NCBI GenBank assembly: GCA_965205505.1
Contig: CBDBHB010000009.1
Span: 3,103,851 to 3,167,850 of the forward strand
Reading direction: 5' to 3'
From: Acidobacteriota bacterium
GTDB lineage: Bacteria > Acidobacteriota > UBA890 > WLXD01
DNA length: 64,000 bases
The notes beneath the pieces are model-generated. The model ran no database searches. It saw nothing but the letters and a program-made list of their open reading frames with translations, and was not told the origin of the DNA. The translations under genes and the position numbers were made by a program. Below are positions 62,244 to 64,000 of this stretch, piece after piece. Position 1 is the first letter of the stretch. Each line of letters starts with the position of its first letter.

Positions 62244-63595
62244 CAGCGCTGCCCGCCGACCGTTTCGTCCCATTTTTGCGCGCTCGAGATGTCCGGCACG
62301 CCCCAGTCGGCGCCGTTCCAGCCCCCGAACCCTTCCATCCGGAAAGCCCAGAAGCCAGTGCTCATGTCAGAGCCCACGATGAGGCCGTCGGCATTACGCA
62401 CGTCGACGCCGAACAGACCGTTGAACATGGCCGATCGGTCCGAATTGGGCGGCCCCAGGTAGGTATCGTAGTAGGCCACGGTCACCGGGTTCTCCGGGTC
62501 CATTAGGCTGAATATCTGCAACCCGTCGAGGTAGCCGGACACAAAGACATACGGGTAGCGCACTTCATGGTTGTGTACCAGGTTTCGCCAATCGGCGGTC
62601 CAGGCGCCCACACGGCGTACGGATGTTCTGCACCTCGCCGTCGAGCGCCGGCTTGAGGTCGAAGATGCGCAGCGGTGCGTACTGATACTCGGACTCGGCA
62701 ATCACGTAGCGGCCGTCGGAGGTGGGGGTGAACGTGTGCCCGAAGCCCACCCCACTGATGCCGGTAAGCGATACCACCAGCGCCGGGTTTTCCAGGTCTG
62801 TGATGTCGTAAATGTAGTAGCCGCCACTGCCGCCACCGTAGAAAGCGATCACTCTGTGTATCCTCGTGGAACCCGGCGTACATGTCGTGGTATCCACGGA
62901 ACTGCGAGTCCGCTTCCATACCCACCGGGACCTTGGCTACTAGGGCTTCGTCCATGTGCCCTTCGACGACGTGTGCCATGTCGTAGACGTGCGCGTACGG
63001 CCCGGAAACCGTGCTGAACAGCAACGGCCGACCGTTGGAATGCTTGTACATGAAGATGTTGTGAAACCCGCCGGGATGCTCGGGGGCGCGGATTCGCGCC
63101 ACTTCCTTGACCTTCGATACGTCCGGCAGGTCGGTGACGTCGAGCACGACGGCCCCGAGATCGGCGTCGGGACCCCCTTGTCCGAACTGCAACGACTGCA
63201 CGACGTAATAGCGACCGTCCCACTTGAAGTACTTCACATCCATTCCGCCGAGCGGTAGATGGAGATCCTGATCCTCGATGCGCCAGCGATAGATCACTCT
63301 CGGATCCCGAGGATCGGACAGATCGATGATGTCCATCCCCCTTCTCGCCCGCGAAGCCGTAGACCATCCGTCCGACGTAAGCGAAGGGGCGTGACACCTC
63401 CTGCTCGAGCTCGATATCAGACACGTTGAGCCGCGGTCCGAGCGGAAGATGCGACAACACTTCGATGTTGTCGCTACCCGGCTTGTGCGGCGTCCATTGC
63501 GGCGTGCCCTGGGTCTCTTCGACAGCGACTACTGCGGGGACGAGCGCCAGGGTCGTCATCACTGCCACGATAGCGCTCAGCGTGTGACGTCTCAT
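62243..63595 (-). CDS. Secreted LVIVD-repeat-like (beta-propeller) protein, several frameshifts
   Basis: Signal peptide; repeated DIIDLSDP.DP, VLDVTD.P, IYDITD.ENP and IFSL.DPENP units; several His-containing motifs. Confidence 0.65.
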
Positions 63596-64000
63596 TCAGT
63601 TGACCTCGGTTCGAAAATCGCACGGCTACTCCCAGCATTCTAGTCGCTGCCGCGCAAGGCGCGTAGCAACCTCCCCCGGCCGCGTGCGTTTGTAGCACCT
63701 GATCCCCTTCAACGCCGACTTGGCCGCCTCGTGGGGCAGCTCGACGCGCTCTGTAGCGATCTTTGTTCAATGGCCTGATACCCGCGTGAGTGCTTCGGGG
63801 ACGGATCAAAGAATGGCGGCGCCAGCGGCGGGCACTGTGTCGCGCTGGTGTAGCCGACCCTTCATTGCAGCCTGTCGGTTTGCAGCTGGCTGGAAGCGGG
63901 AACCTCTGCTCTCGTGGCAGGGACTCGGCGCGATCCATGCCGCGTCTTCTGCGGCCACTCGGCAGGTCGGGATCGAGCCCCTCCCAGCTCCCATAAGTCT

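Noticed and set aside
1-64000. CRISPR array or cas genes
   Set aside because: No regularly spaced direct repeats with unique spacers and no Cas motifs were seen.
63600-64000. ORFs at the right edge of the window
   Set aside because: Short, motif-free and mutually overlapping; no call can be supported.

Overview
GC-rich bacterial DNA. The gene content (duplicated MacB/FtsX-type permease, cytochrome c plus PQQ dehydrogenase pair, LytS/LytTR pair) suggests Acidobacteriota, but this is an inference. (1) 1-34 kb is an amine/betaine catabolic region. It holds four full-length SpdH-like flavoproteins and two internally deleted relics, a CehA/McbA-like hydrolase, a diheme cytochrome c and PQQ dehydrogenase, a two-domain serine hydrolase, a TRAP transporter, CocE/NonD, an OYE-type oxidoreductase, betB, a 2OG-Fe(II) oxygenase, a Rieske oxygenase with a twin-arginine leader, aconitase X subunits and glnT/gmaS. 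(2) 36.0-48.1 kb is a decayed composite integrative region. It is bounded by palindromic TGGC-type core sites that cut into two host genes. Inside are a P4-like integrase relic, two tRNA 3' fragments with arm-type repeats, two IS3 elements, an IS21 and cargo genes. (3) 48-64 kb is mostly ordinary: permease, CpxRA-like pair, carbamate kinase, hflKC and a multicopper oxidase operon. Most notable features: a family of three ~280-bp structured non-coding elements inserted at TAG sites; the integrative-element ends; the putatively exported Rieske oxygenase; and intragenic micro-inversions. Frameshifts are frequent after ~26 kb and may be sequencing errors, so pseudogene calls are provisional. All protein assignments come from motif recognition, not database searches.
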